From positions 1 through 55,628 of the forward strand of contig NW_021833699.1 in the NCBI RefSeq assembly GCF_006345805.1: 55,628 nt of DNA. The letters are read 5' to 3'. Origin of the DNA: Octopus sinensis. Its lineage: Eukaryota. The notes under the pieces were generated by a model that was given only the letters and a program-made list of their open reading frames with translations, did not search any database and was not told the DNA's origin. Position numbers and translations under genes: made by a program. This document shows, in pieces, positions 25,690 through 41,037 of this stretch (position 1 is its first letter; each line of letters begins with the position of its first letter).

Positions 25690-25838
25690 AGTCCTTACTT
25701 CTGGGTTCAAATTCCGCCGTTTCAAATTTCGCTGTTTCAAATTCCGCTGTTTCCGGATCGATAGAATAAGTAACAATGAGCCCTGCAGTCGATGAAACTG
25801 GTTTACCCCAGCCCTACATTGACAAAATTTGAAACCAT
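25690..25838 (+). mobile_element. SINE-A2 fragment with triplicated B-box segment
   Basis: TTCAAATTYCGCYGT x3 at ~25707-25751, then GATCGATAGAATAAGT...AAAATTTGAAACC. Confidence 0.6.
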
Positions 25839-26064
25839 TATTAGTTTAAGAGATGTACCAGGCAATAGATATCTATGGGGTGTATTCACGATCCGCTGCA
25901 GGTTGGGCTCAAAAAGAAAAAGGATCAAATATCTTTCTCATTCCCAGTGTATCAATAAACTAGATTATCAATTACTCAAGTTGCTTCAACCGATTTCTTT
26001 GAAATCACCATTGGATTAAAATGGTGGACGATGTTATGGTGACGTTTAAGATATCGATTACGTA

Positions 26065-27470
<1,406 letters not shown>

Positions 27471-27808
27471 ATAGTTGTTATACACACACATGTAAAATTA
27501 TGCACGTACTACACGCACGCGCACGTTTAGAAATGGAAGCGAGAAGAATGATTGCATGTAATGCGGTTGATTTGTTCGTATAAATTGGATGATTCACTGT
27601 GTAGGTACTTGGGAGATTTACGTGTGTTTTGTAGCGTTCTGGCTGTGTCAGAGTGAATGGCAAAAAGAAACGATGTTGGATCGAATGGAAACTGGTTCCC
27701 GCTCTTTTCAGTTAGTGGAGGTTAAGTAGTGAACTTCAAGCCAATCTATTGGACTTACTGGACCTACCTTTTATCTGTTACCTGTTTCAATCTGTGGATT
27801 GTGACCAC

Positions 27809-27857
<49 letters not shown>

Positions 27858-27858
27858 C

Positions 27859-27902
<44 letters not shown>

Positions 27903-27915
27903 AAACACGCACACA

Positions 27916-28758
27916 CAGGGTGCGGTGAATAAGCTGTCGTCTAAGTTATGCAAAAATGAAGACAACACTGACATCTCATTTTATCAGATTTATTTACCAA
28001 AATTACATAAAATTATTTTGAAATACTAATGAGTAAATTTATTCAATAAAATCGCCATTGGCTTCAACCACGGCCTCCAGACGACTTCGGAATCTCCTGC
28101 AACTCTTCTAGATGGTCTCCTCTTTTAAGTTGGAGAATGCTGCCATAATCCCTTCCTTCAGTTCATTGTTGGTGTTACAAGGAGTTTTGTCGGTTTCTCG
28201 CTCAGCTGCGCCCCCACAAAATAATCAAGGGGCTGCAGTCTGGGGAATTAGGTAGCAAGATGTTAGGGGTGATGTAGTCGCAGAAATTGTCTGACATCCA
28301 TGACTGGGTTCTCCTGCGTGTGCGACATGGTGCAGAGTCCTGTTGCCAGACATAGGGTCTTCCAGGAGCCACCCTCTTGACTCAGGGTATCACTACCTCC
28401 TCCTGGCATATTGTAGGCCTCCATGTGGGAAGATGAATGGAGGCATAATGTCGCCATCACTAGTGATCACTCCAAACACCATGATGTTGACAGGATGTTT
28501 AATTTTTATTAGTCTCAGTACATTTTCTCAGACTGATACCCAGACACTCCGAAATGTTTGTATTGGGGCTGCCAAGCAGTACAGCATGTCGTTTCCTAAT
28601 TTCTGGCACAGTGTCTTGCGTCATGGTGCTGTTTTTCACACAGACGGTGAGCAGCTGATCCTACTATACTGTCTAGTCGACTAAATCAAAAACAAACAAT
28701 AGGCATGTGCAAAATTAAAAAAGTATAAAAATGGCGACAATTTATCCGCCGCACCCTG
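27916..28758 (-). mobile_element. internally deleted Tc1/mariner-superfamily element (DD37D/maT-like)
   Basis: TIRs CAGGGTGCGGTGAATAAGCTGTCG / CGACAATTTATCCGCCGCACCCTG followed by TA; minus strand encodes RPYVWQQDSAPC...PNSPDCSP...CRRFRSRLEAVVEANGDFIE*. Confidence 0.85.
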
Positions 28759-29199
28759 TACATATAATTATTTTCAGGAGCCAATAGAATCGAGATAGTT
28801 TAATAACAAAGGCACCAATGTAGAGTCGAGGACAACATACCCGTGCATTACCAGTGTGTACGGACATTCATGTATTTACTAAATCAAATACAGATTTGTC
28901 CTTACAGTTACTTATGCACCCACAAAAGTAGCTCAAATACACCCAATGTATACGCAAATTCAAACAAGAGTATACTCTGTCATGCAGTCCACGGTCTATT
29001 GTAGGTTCATAATCCAAGGCAGGGAAGATTCCGAGTGTTGTGTAGTATAAACGATAGCAAAAATGGGCTGAAGTTCTCTACAGCTGTTTCAGACGTGAAC
29101 AAATCAAATACATCATGTACAAAAAACTGTTTTCTTCAGGCGAATTAAAAAATAAATGTAGCATTTAGGATTTTTCACACAAATAGTATAAGATCGCAT

Positions 29200-29352
29200 T
29201 TCTTTCGGTTTCCATCTACAAAATCCCCTCACAAGGGTTTGGTTGACCCGAGGCTACCCTAGAAAACATTTGCTCAAAGTGTCACGTTGTTGAACTGACC
29301 CTTAAACTATGTAGTTGGTAAGCAAGCTTCTTACCACACAGCCACGCCTGCT
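29200..29352 (-). mobile_element. SINE family B 5' part, old
   Basis: Reverse complement of GGCGTGGCTGTGTGGTAAGAAGCTTGCTTACCAAC... Confidence 0.75.
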
Positions 29353-29399
29353 CCTATCATGGCAACATAAACTATCTATTCTTGTCCTTTACTTTAAAT

Positions 29400-29600
29400 T
29401 GGTGAACTGCTAGAACCGTTAGCATATCGGAGAACATGCTTATTCGCATTTGTTCAGGTTTTACCTTCTGACTTGGACTCCTGCTGAGGTTGCTCTTTAT
29501 CCTTTTGAGATCGATTAACCAAATTACCAGTCAAGTACTGAACTCAATGTAATCGACTTTCCTTTCCCCTTAAAACTGCTTACCTTATGCCAAAATTACA
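29400..29600 (+). mobile_element. SINE-A2, highly diverged
   Basis: GGTGAACTGCTAGAACCGTTAGCA...ATCCTTTTGAGATCGAT...AATGTAATCGACTT...CCTTATGCCAAAATT. Confidence 0.6.
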
Positions 29601-29619
29601 AAGAAATATCCTATAGAAA

Positions 29620-29940
29620 GAAACTGGCGCTCCGTCGATTACGACAATGAGGGCTCCAGCTGATCCGATCAACGGAAAGGCCTACTCATGAAATTAATGT
29701 GCAAGTGAATGAGCACACCTCAGATATGCATGCCTTTAATGTACTCAGGGAAATCCAGCGTGACACACAATGTGACAAGACTGGCCCTTTGAGATACGGG
29801 TACAATTTATTCTTGTCAGTTGAGTGGACTGGAGCATCGTGAAATAAAGTGTCTTGCTCAAGGACATAAGGCGCAGCCTGGAATCGAACTCACAACTTTA
29901 CGATCATGAACCGAATACCATAACCACTAAACCATACGCC
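29620..29940 (-). mobile_element. SINE family C, long-tail variant (C2)
   Basis: Shares TGAGTGGACTGGAGCA..GTGAAATAAAGTGTCTTGCTCAAG and the tRNA head with family C; tail matches 43556-43773 in reverse. Confidence 0.8.
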
Positions 29941-31635
29941 TTCGCTTTATCCTATACTTTACCAATGATCATGGGACGGCCATTCAGTTTGAAATCTAAG
30001 GAATTCTTGTTTGTCTTAAAATGTCCTTTTGCATTTTGAGACAGGATGTAAAATTTCCTCAACAAGTATAAAGCATAATCTATGTCTTAGCTCCATTAGT
30101 AGGCTGGGGCGTTGTATTAACGATTACGAGATCGAGGGTTCCATTCCCGACCCGAGCAGTGTGTTCTGTTGTTTAGAAAAACACTTAATTTCATGTTGCA
30201 TTGCAATGGCTTTAACATCTAACTTGCGGTACACCTTCCACCTGCACAGGTAATGTCAATCTGTTGGAGGGAGAGAGCTAATGTACAGAAAAAGCATTTG
30301 GATATTATAAACAAATCATTCGAGCAGGTTGTTCACCAAGGAAACAGACTCATCCTTCTCAAACTCAAAAGACTTCCATCAATTAAGAGTGCGGTGGTTG
30401 TCGTGGCCTTTATGCCAGTGGTTGTAGTTACAATTTCCACTCCACTTTAGTTTTCGTATGTATTGTAGTGAAGAGGTAACGTTTTTTGTGGTTGTGGGCC
30501 TAAAATATTTTGTGTGCTGGTTGAATTTACTCTTAAAATCGAGCACTGCTCTAATTCAGATGGCAACCAATATCAACAACTCTGCGAACAATGACAAAAA
30601 GTCACCTGAATGTGGTCACTCGGTTTGTAAGAAATACCAGTCAGACTTCCTTCAAATCGTCAACTTACTGTTTTAAATATAGGAATGTGAAACCAGAGCG
30701 GAAAAGGACTAAGCTAAATATAAGTAACACATTTTAACGAACGATCTGCCATCTTGTCCTTCACGGATGTGATAATCCATGTATTGTGAACGTATTTTGC
30801 GTTGTATACCACTGTCAGGTTTCGAAACCGTGTATGAAGAATAAACTGCTGCTGTTGTTGTTGTGGTTTTTCAATTGTTTTGCATATTTATTTTGTCAGT
30901 TGAGTCAGAGAATGTCTGAGAATCGTGACGTCAAGTAAGAAATGTTGTCAAAATTGTTTCAAAGTGCAGAACAGACGAGAAAAATGGCTGACAAAAACTC
31001 TCCATTGCGTGTTGCAGACAGAAAAGAAAGCAACATGGCTGGAGCTGTTGTTTTTGTATTTAACTGTTGTTGTCGTTGTTATTACTTCTGCCGTTGTTGA
31101 TGTTGTTGTTGGTGCTGTTTTTGTAATCGTTGGGGCTTTCTTTTGTGTTGGTAGTTTGTTCTATTTATAGATGTAATACTTGTTGTTATTAATGTTGTTA
31201 TCGTTATTACTAGTGTTATTGTTGTTGTTGTTACTCCTGTTGTTGTTACTGTTTTTTTTTTGTAATTGTAGTCATTTTGTTTGGTTTGGTTGTAAGTAGT
31301 CATTTTCTTATTTGTTGTTGTTGCTGTTGTTGTTGTCTAAATTCTAGTTACAGACGTAACAATCCTACTTGTTGTTGCTATATTGATTTTGCAGCTGTTG
31401 TTGCCGCAGATGTAATTGTTGTTTTATCTGCTGCTGCTGCTGCCGCTGCTGTTGTTTGTTTTGTTTTAATTACTTACACAAGCTGATTAATTGTTATTGT
31501 TGTTGTTGCTGTCATTAATACAGTTGTTGTTGTTGTTGTCGGTGTACCGGTTATGACGTCATCCGAATAATCGTTGCAGATATAATTGTTGTTGTTGTTA
31601 TGTGTCGATCTGGATGCTTTGTTGTTATCTTGAAA

Positions 31636-31770
31636 ACGCGCGTGGCCTAGTGTTCAGATCATGACCACAAGATAGCAGGCTCGATTCTTGAACCTGGCTG
31701 CAACAGTGTCTCCTTGGACAAGATATTTCATTTCACATTGCCCCTCTCTACTTAACTGAAAATAAGTAAC
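31636..31770 (+). mobile_element. SINE family C head, old
   Basis: GCGCGTGGCCTAGTG...GGCTCGATTCTTG...CCTTGGACAAGATATTTCATTTCACATTGC. Confidence 0.65.
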
Positions 31771-32049
31771 ACTTTAGTCTTGTTGCAATCGCCTCTGTTC
31801 CTGGCATAGAATTTTCAACAGAACTCGAAGTCTCTTCTGTCCGTATCTCATGACACCGCCTTCATTGTCACTGTATGACAGCTCAAACTCTGAGACGCGG
31901 TAGATGCATGCTGTTAGACGAAAAAATTGTGTTATTTGTTCAAAAGCTATTATATGCTAATTTAGTTAATAGAGAAGTTATTTTGAGGTTTGATGACCAG
32001 AAGCCACCTCAGATCTCAAGAATCTTTCTCACGACTTTTGCAGAATAAT

Positions 32050-33950
32050 AGATGGTACATTTCTGCAAGTCGACATGCTCTGCCGGCCTGCAGAAATGTG
32101 CCTCTTAGGTAGCAACTTGGGTGTTATGTCAAGTGCACCAATTACCACAGGAACAAAAGTTACCTTTGTCGTCCACAATCCCTTCAAGACTTGGGCTACT
32201 GAGTTTTATTTTCGATTTTCTCCATTTCTTTGGTAACCACTCATCACACTTCAGACTACTTTATTTTTACTTTGATTTCACAAACTCAGCTAACATTCCA
32301 ATGTAATCTTTTACCTACACCGTTACTCCTGTGCCTATACTTTTCTTGTGTTAGCTTACGGTATTCATTTATGAGATACTTAATACTTTCGTTTCCTTTT
32401 ACACTCATTTTGCTTTTGCTCCCTGACTGAGTTTTTCCAGTCTTTGTCTTTTTTAAGTTCGTTCTAACGATTTGCTTCTGGAAATTAGCAATATAATAAA
32501 CAGTTCAATTTGATGCTTCAGGTTTCCATCTGTCAGCCACAACTCTTCTTTACTTCCAAAATCCCCTGGCTTTTAGCATGAATCGGTCGAGTAATTCCTT
32601 TTTTTTTAACTATTTGTCCTACCATTCTTTCTTCTCTTTTAGAATTCGTTTACTGATTCAATGGCTTTTTTATATTTCTGGCCGCAGAGATATTCATTTT
32701 TCACTATGCACAATACAGCTTTACAAATCCAACGTCATTGTACTAATTGTGTCTTCTGCATTGAACAAACGTCTGCTTCCTTCCTTTCGTTGTAACTAGA
32801 GACTCGATTTGACTCTGAGTGTGGTGAGCGTTTTGTATTGTGAGCAGTTTCCTAGTTCTTCTATCGAATTCCTGTCGTTCTGTCTTTGTTCCTTTTAGAA
32901 AAGAGCAGACTATCTCAAAATATAATGTTCCCTCCATTTAAGAAGGACTAATTCAATGATGAAAAATAATGAGGTGAGTGAGAGAGAAAGAGCAAGTCTA
33001 ACTGAAATATCCCCACTCCAGGTACATCATCATATCGTAACGTTTCGTTACCATAATTTTGTTTTGCTTCTCACGATGTCATCGCTTTAACTGAACAAGA
33101 ATCTCATTGAACGTGGTCAGGTACTCAAAGGGCCGTGTAGTGCTTTATCATATGTTTACTTTTAACCCATCCAATCAACAACTAAGTCCTTATTCATACC
33201 TCATTGATCATCATGTTATTATGCAACAGATCAACAGTTCGTCTTGACTTCATTCTGCGTCCTTTTTGCTCGTCTGGTAATAGATTCCCCTTCTCCAGAA
33301 AATTATGCCATTCATCTGCTAAGGTCACTCAATAATTTCCGGAGTGATGGTTAGCATATAACAAGCCTATAATTACTGATTACTTCTCTCTTTTCTTTGT
33401 CCTTCTCCACTGTATCTCTTTTTGTCATCCATATTGGTATTCCATTTTCTATACAGTCAGTGAGAAACAGTCGTATATAGCTGTGCATGCATGAAAGATT
33501 TTAAAATCAGAATTCTTGAACACCATTTGGTCCAGAAGCTTTCCAATTTACTATTTTCTATAATACCTTTTTCCCTTTTTCATCTATAATTCTCTTCTCT
33601 CAAGTTACTTTCTATTTCACTTATAAATTTCCATAACATTCTGCTTATCTGTTGAACCTCTTTACTCCAAATATCTAACCAAAATCTTCCTTTGCTTCAG
33701 CGTTTGGTAAATCATTCCGCCAATGTTAATTTTCATTGTTCAGCTGTTACTAAAATTTCCCTTCCTTGTTTCTCGAGAGCATGCTCTGGTAATCTGTTGT
33801 ATTTAGTTGTTTGGGCTGATTTCCTGGTGATTTTTCAGCACCCGTAATCTTTTAATATATTCGATTATTTTAACATTCCCTCTATGTTCCCTCAACAGTC
33901 TGTATCTGTTTGTCGATTGTAGTTAATTTACTGGAAGATTGTTGCGATAA
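32050..33950 (-). mobile_element. R4/Dong-like (RLE) LINE remnant
   Basis: Minus strand NWKASGPNGVQ (~33510-33548, RT start), EFDRRTRKLLTIQNAHH (~32820-32875) and LWTTKVTFVPVVIGALD (~32130-32180, RLE C-terminus), in the expected order. Confidence 0.8.
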
Positions 33951-34184
33951 TTATTTTGGACGTCTTTGCATATTGCATGTCTATGTGCAGCTTTTTCCTT
34001 TGGTTTTGTCATGTTTTAGAAAGAAATGCCTCACTTTTATATATATGCCGCAAGGTGTCATTTGTATAAGTTTTAAAACCATCTCATGGTATACAGGAAC
34101 GCCTCAATTATACTGCCTAGAAACATAACGAGATATATGCCAGATTTTGGTTGTGATAACCATATCCTTTTAGTGTCTAGTTGA

Positions 34185-34538
34185 CACACATACACACACT
34201 CACACACACACTCACCCACACACTCACCCACTCACTCACACACTCACTCACTCACGCACTCACTCATTCACTCACTCATCCACTCACACACACACATACA
34301 CACACATGCTGTGTTTACATTTTAAGTGTATAAATACATTTTGTTTGTATTTGAAAGCATTCATTGTTTCATTTTCTGAACAGTTAAAATGTTTCCGCTT
34401 CAATTTATTTAAAAAAAAATTATTAAATGTAATGATAAATACAATCAAAATATATTCCTTCACTTCTAATGCAAACAAAATTTCTCTTTCTCTTTCTCTC
34501 CCTCTAACTCTCTCTCCCTCTATCTATCTATCTATCTG

Positions 34539-34594
<56 letters not shown>

Positions 34595-34692
34595 TACATA
34601 TTTACAAATCATACATACATGCATATATATATATATGTATATAATATATATATATATATATATATGTATATAATATATATATATATATATAT

Positions 34693-34738
<46 letters not shown>

Positions 34739-34741
34739 ATA

Positions 34742-34797
<56 letters not shown>

Positions 34798-35360
34798 GTA
34801 TATATCTATATATGAAATACATACACACATACGTACATGTGCTCCCCTATATATGCCTATGAACATATGCAGGCGTGGGCGTTAATGTGTGTATATATAT
34901 TTATGATTTATATATATATAAATATTATATATACATATTTATATATATATATATATGTGTATAAGATTATATATACAAATATACACATGAATGTATGTGT
35001 GTGTGTATAAATGTATACTTGTGTAGGAGCGTGTATTTGTGTGTGTCCGATTCCGTAGATTGTCCAAGACATCTGGGGTCAAACAGTTTGTACAGATTAT
35101 GTCTGCTGCTGTCACAACTAATTCCTGCTCCATTGCTTCAATAAGTCAAGCTTTTGCAATCTTAAGAATCAAAGGAAATGGTCTAACGGGGTTGGTTGAA
35201 CGGGTGTGTGAGCATGCGTATATCTTGGCAAGTATCCTTCGAATTCTGAGTCTGTCTGTGCGTGTCTATATAATATATATATATATATATAATATATATA
35301 TATATATATTATATATATATATAATATATATATATACATATATATACATGTATATATACA

Positions 35361-35401
<41 letters not shown>

Positions 35402-35404
35402 TAC

Positions 35405-35435
<31 letters not shown>

Positions 35436-35569
35436 CATGTATATATACATATATGTGTGTGTATATATATATATAATGCATATAGATGTATGTGTATATC
35501 TTATTATATATGCTTATATTTGTGTGTGAGAACACACATACGCATGTATATATATATATTATATATATA

Positions 35570-35604
<35 letters not shown>

Positions 35605-35772
35605 GTGTGTGTGTGTGTGGTGAGTGTGTATACAGGCATGCGTGCGTGAACTGTGTTATATACGCCGCTAGGTGTCAGTAAATCGAGAAGGTATTGTCTC
35701 AAGATTAGAGGAGGACATGTGTCAGCTCAGCTTGGCGATGTATTACGGCTGCAGCAGTAGCTGTTAGAATGG

Positions 35773-35844
<72 letters not shown>

Positions 35845-35973
35845 ATTGTAGTAGAAATAGCAGGAGTAGCAGCAGTATTGGTAGTGACAGCGGTGGTGCT
35901 TGTAGCGGTGGTTTTAACTACGGCTGTTGATATAAACAGTTGCTAAGGCATGGCGAAGTGTACACATACACAC

Positions 35974-36045
<72 letters not shown>

Positions 36046-36298
36046 GCACACACACATATATGTATATATGGTACGCAGAGATGACTTCTGATATACATCT
36101 CTGCGCGTGTCTTTGTGATTTTGAGTGCGCACGCCTGTGTAAAGATGGAGGTGCGCGCACGCGCTTATATGTGTATATATGCGAACATGTGTTTGCATGC
36201 ATGTGTGTACATATATATGTCTATATTTATCAATGTATATATACATACATAGGTACATACATATATGTATATATATAAACACACATATATATATAAAT

Positions 36299-36340
<42 letters not shown>
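34185..36340. repeat. compound microsatellite field: (CACT), (CT), (TA), (TG), (TAG), (CA)
   Basis: Direct reading, with short unique interruptions. Confidence 0.88.
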
Positions 36341-37149
36341 TTATACAACAAGAGGCTTCCAAATAAGAAAGCCTTGTGCTAGAAAGAGCAGTAGAAAACT
36401 CATACCACCAATTAAGGATAAATTCTCGAAAGGAATGAAAATTAAAAATGTTTACCATCTCAATTATTTCCAGCAAAAAAAAATTCGATTTCTTTAGTGA
36501 GAAATATTCTGGCAAGTTGGCGCCCTTCAGTGAAACGATGCTATATTTTCGTTCTCAAGGCAAAATGTTGCATATCAAAAGTTTTCTTTTCCTAAAGTAC
36601 GCATGCAAAGAATGGGGCTTCGTTAGAGTTCGTCAAATTTTTGCATGTTGAGTGCATGAATTTGTACTGTTTTTGTTGAAGTTCAACGTAATGTTACATT
36701 TTCTTCTGAAATGTCATCCGTTATCTGAAAAATTTTATTAATATAATATTCTTTTTACATTTCTCATCGTTACTTCTTCTGAGGATGGTACCTATATAAT
36801 ATGCAGGAACTACTGACTTGGAATTATACTATGGAATATGAATGAGATTTTTAATCATGAGCGATCTTTTTCCCAAGCTACGAACTGGGGCTAGACAGCA
36901 GAAACAGCGTGTCTTAATTCCATGACAATGCGACAACTCTGTGAAAACTTAACATTGAGACAGACCATCAAATGTCAACACATAATAAACTTGACATCGT
37001 TTCTCTTTTGACAGCAATACTAATAACACGGTAATGATCAGTATAGCGATACAAAAATTAATAAAGTTGTGTACAAGTTAGCGGTAAAATCTAAGGATTT
37101 ACACCAGCTTCAATTTTCAATTAAAAAGAGTACGGCAGGTAAGGTACCT

Positions 37150-37380
37150 ATTTCTTTATTACCCACAAGGGGCTAAACACAGAGGGGACAAACAAGGACA
37201 GACATAGGTATTAAGTCGAGTACATCGACCCCAGTGCGTAACTGGTACTTAATTTATCGACCCCGAAAGGATGAAAAGCAAAGTCGACCTCGGCGGAATT
37301 TGAACTCACAACGTAACGGCAGAGGAAATACGGCTATGCATTTCGCCCGGCGTGCTAACGTTTCTGCCAGTTCGCCGCTT
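37150..37380 (-). mobile_element. SINE family A, full length, young
   Basis: Perfect 19-bp TSD TACGGCAGGTAAGGTACCT at 37131-37149 and 37381-37399. Confidence 0.95.
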
Positions 37381-37531
37381 TACGGCAGGTAAGGTACCTG
37401 TCTCCGGCTCCATTTGACATACCTGAAGTGTTACACAACCATTTCTCTAAGAACGTGAACAAATTACTTTTAACGATAAAACCATGTTCTATGAGAATTT
37501 ATACATACATACATACATATATATATATATA

Positions 37532-37770
37532 CTCTTTACTCTCTTTTACTCTTTTACTTGTTTCAGATATTTGACAGTGGCCGTGCTGGAGCACAGCCTT
37601 TAGTCGAGCAAATCGACCCCAGGACTTATTCTTTGTAAGCCTAGTACTTATTCTATCGGTCTGTTTTGCCGAACCGATAAGTTACTGGGACGTAAACACA
37701 CCAGCATCGGTTGGTGTGTTTATATCAACATCAAGGGATGTTGGGGGGACAAACACAGACACACAAACAT

Positions 37771-37803
<33 letters not shown>

Positions 37804-37974
37804 CATATATACGACGGGCTTCTTTCAGCTTCCGTCTACCAAATCTACTCACAAGGTTTTGGTCGGCCCGAGGCTATAGTAGAAGACACTTGCCCAAAGT
37901 GCCATGCAGTGGGACTGAAACTGGAACCATGTAGTTGGTAAGCAAGCTACTTACCACACAGCAACTCCTACGCC
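37532..37974 (-). mobile_element. SINE family B, full length
   Basis: Reverse complement of the 41709-42142 copy including the internal CA/TA repeat. Confidence 0.92.
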
Positions 37975-38001
37975 TATATCTATCTATCTACCTATCTATC
38001 T

Positions 38002-38096
38002 ATCTTATATAAAATCCGTTCTTTTTGTCTGTGTGTATGCCTTCTAGGATCTCGGGCATCCTCCATCCGATTGCGCTCAAATTTGATATGTAGATA
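38002..38096 (+). mobile_element. possible non-autonomous Helitron 5' end
   Basis: ATCTTATATAAAA...TGTCTGTGTG...CCGATTGCGCTCAAATTTG resembles 5' ends of short animal Helitron-type repeats; cut by SINE-A; no 3' hairpin or CTAG found. Confidence 0.35.
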
Positions 38097-38329
38097 CCTA
38101 TTTCTTTATTATCCGCAAGGGGATAAACATAGAAGGGACAAACAAGGACAGATATAGGTATTAAGTCGATTACATCGACCCCAGTGCGTAACTGGTACTT
38201 AATTTATCGACCCCGAAAGGATGAAAGGCAAAGTCGACCTCGGCGGAATTTGAACTCACAACGTAACGACAGACGAAATACGGCTGCGCATTTCGCCCGG
38301 CGTGCTAACGTTTCTGCCAGCTCGCCGCC
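38097..38329 (-). mobile_element. SINE family A, full length
   Basis: Near-identical to 37150-37380. Confidence 0.93.
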
Positions 38330-38379
38330 TTCGATTATGCTGTTTCTGTCTGGCCAGTCCTCATTGAAATGGAGTACCT

Positions 38380-38960
38380 CATAAGACATGACAGACTAGG
38401 GCAGAACACCCACTGGAATACTTGTAAATTCTACAAAATTAAATCCGATGAAAGTAGTACAGGCGCCATCCAGAGGATCTAGTAAATGGCGAGTGTCACC
38501 ATCCTTTGGAACTTTCCAATACAAACAGAAAAATTGACTCCAATCAACCAGACATTGTGATCAAGGACGACAAGAGAGGAATTTGTCTGTTAATAGATAT
38601 GTCTGTCCCACAAAATCAAAATGTCTCTAAAAAAAGGAATATGAAATGTTTTCTCATTATAAAGACCGGAAAATTGAAATCACAAAAATGTGGAAGCTTA
38701 GTACTACCAGTGGTAATTGGTGCGTTGGGAATGATAAAGAAGGGAGCTGAGAAGTATATTAAGCAACTCCCTGGTAACTCCAATCTCCGTGAACTACAAG
38801 AGAAAACCCTGTTGGGTACAGCCCATATACTATGGCAAGCACTCTCCATCTAAAATGGAATAAATGTGGTAATAGAAAAACAAAAGTGCCCTTGCTGCTC
38901 TTGGCCTCTGGAGGAGGCCCGGTACTAAGGCAGCTGAAATGAAGTTATAATGAAAGGAAA
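38380..38960 (+). mobile_element. R4/Dong-like LINE 3' end with restriction-like endonuclease remnant
   Basis: NQPDIVIKDDKRGICLLIDMSVP (PD..D motif) and PVVIGALGMIKKG...TLLGTAHIL; followed by (AAC)/(AAT)n. Confidence 0.88.
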
Positions 38961-39248
38961 CAACAACAACAGCAATAACAACAACAACAACATCAATAAT
39001 AATAATAATAATAAAATAATTCTTTCGACAATAGGTTTGAAATTTTGGAGGAGACGACTAGTCGTTTAACTCGATACGAGTGTTTCACTGGTACTTAATT
39101 TATCGACCATGAAAAAATGAAAGACAAAGTCGACTTATAAGTAAAGGCGGACGTAATGCCGCTAGGCATTTTGTGAAGCATGCTAGCGATTCTGCTAACC
39201 TTAGGAATAATAATAATTATCATAATAATAATATTAATAATAATAACA

Positions 39249-39360
39249 ATGGAAAAACTATCAAAATACAAGGATCTTGAAATTGAAATATTCAAGATGT
39301 GGGGTATGAAGGTAAAAGCAATACCATAAATGATCAGAGCATTAGATATGGTTTTAAAAA
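39249..39360 (+). mobile_element. R4/Dong-like RLE fragment after (TAA)n
   Basis: MEKLSKYKDLEIEIFKMWGMK. Confidence 0.75.
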
Positions 39361-39712
39361 TATGAAGAGAAACATAAGAGCCATACCAGGGTTTTCCGCA
39401 TTGCTCTCTGCCCTCCATCCAATTTTGTGCAAGACGCTATCAATTCAATACAATAGCTCATATAGAACAATTTTTACACACAACACACCCTCTATGCAGC
39501 AAGTATCTAATGGCCTGAAACAACACGTGCTAACACAACTTACATTACACACCTCACAAACAACAACAGAATAAGCACTCATATAATAAAGAGACAAACT
39601 GATGTACCAACCGGAGGAGTTGATACACCCCAATCCCCACAAGTCCCACACACCTCAGGAACACTGGGGGTACATCAAGAGTAAGAAAAAAATGAAGTTA
39701 TCTTCTCTAGTC

Positions 39713-39938
39713 ATGCTGACTCATAAGGGCTTGTTTCACAGTTTTCATGGCCTAGGAATTCCCCGGCTGGACGGGACGACTGTCCATCGCAGTATTACTC
39801 ATTTTTGTCAGCTGAGTGGACTGGAGCAACGTGAAATGAAGTGTTTTGCTCAAGAATACACCGCGTGGCCAGGTCCAGGAATCGAAACCACAATCTTATG
39901 ACCACGATTCCCACACCCTAACCACTAAGCCACGCGCC
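39713..39938 (-). mobile_element. SINE family C
   Basis: Matches 4398-4638. Confidence 0.88.
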
Positions 39939-40226
39939 TCTACGGTGCACAAAGTGGGGCAATGAAAACTCTCGTGAAACTATTGAAAAGGATACGATAT
40001 CAGCTGCGGTGGCGAAGTGGAAAACTGACGAAATATTGACAAAATGGGGGCTGGGAGCCATTTAAAACAAGGTATTTTCCAAGGATGCTTAATGTCCGTC
40101 TCCACTTTTCTTCCTAGCTCTGGCCTCTCGGACGAACTTGCTGAAAGGCAACACCACGGGATGGAGAAGCTTTGAACAAAACATAAATCGTCTCTTTCAT
40201 ATGGACGACTTAAAAATCATTTTACG

Positions 40227-40465
40227 GAGATGTACTTGCATAGCAAGTGACCTGATCTGAGATAGTGTGCTGGAACGAAAGCAATTGCAGCGTGGAAGGT
40301 GTTTATACGCCATTTAAGAATGCAGCACGGAATTTTGTCTGTGAACAGGTCGCGGTCTCAAAACGACGAAAATATTTTGACAAATTAAATTTAATAGTTG
40401 AAGTGAATCTAACGGTTTTTGTGTGTTTCTTAAATGGCTTATAAACACCTTCCACGCTGCAATTG
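40227..40465. mobile_element. short fold-back insertion with 39-bp inverted repeat
   Basis: 40282-40320 vs 40427-40465 inverted with one mismatch; host TTAAAAAT(C)ATTT appears on both sides. Confidence 0.8.
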
Positions 40466-40823
40466 TTAAAAATATTTGCAAGAAATAAAACTGAATCAGA
40501 AAACCTACAAAAGTCTAAAGTCTAAAAGCTCCAGCAAAGACATCTGAATCACTGTGAGGGTTAGAGACAAGTGAACCGTAACGATAAAAGTCAATCAATT
40601 AGCACTGGGAATATGGCGCTTTGACATAAGCACTGAAATTAGAGAATGTAACCACAATCATCCATACAATTATCTAGTAATAGGCGAAACACTACAACAC
40701 ATGGAAATACAAAAGGAAATTAGCGAAGAATACTATAGACGAATTCAATTAATATTCAAAACTGAACTTCATCCAAGGAATAAGATAACAGGTAAAATAT
40801 GCTAGCCATGTTGTAATAAAATA

Positions 40824-41033
40824 CAGGGTGTTCCAGAAGTTGCTCACCACCCTGGTTTTTTAAAAGAAGACACCCTTATTGATTTCGAAAACGCTTTATT
40901 GAAATCAATCGTAGCAAATGCTCAAATTGAGCAGCCTCTACAATAAAACATGCAGAAAAAAATATAATAAAATAAAATGCTTTAATTATTTTTAATGAAA
41001 ACCAGAATGGTGCGCGACTTCTGGAACACCCTG
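40824..41033. mobile_element. 210-bp Tc1/mariner-type MITE
   Basis: TA|CAGGGTGTTCCAGAAGTTGCTCACCACCCTGGTTTT ... AAAACCAGAATGGTGCGCGACTTCTGGAACACCCTG|TA; ~36-bp TIRs, AT-rich interior. Confidence 0.92.
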
Positions 41034-41037
41034 TATA

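Noticed and set aside
36775-36825. Hammerhead-like CTGAGGA...GGAAC...GAC
   Set aside because: GAAA and the cleavage triplet are both altered and stem I does not close; at best a fossil.
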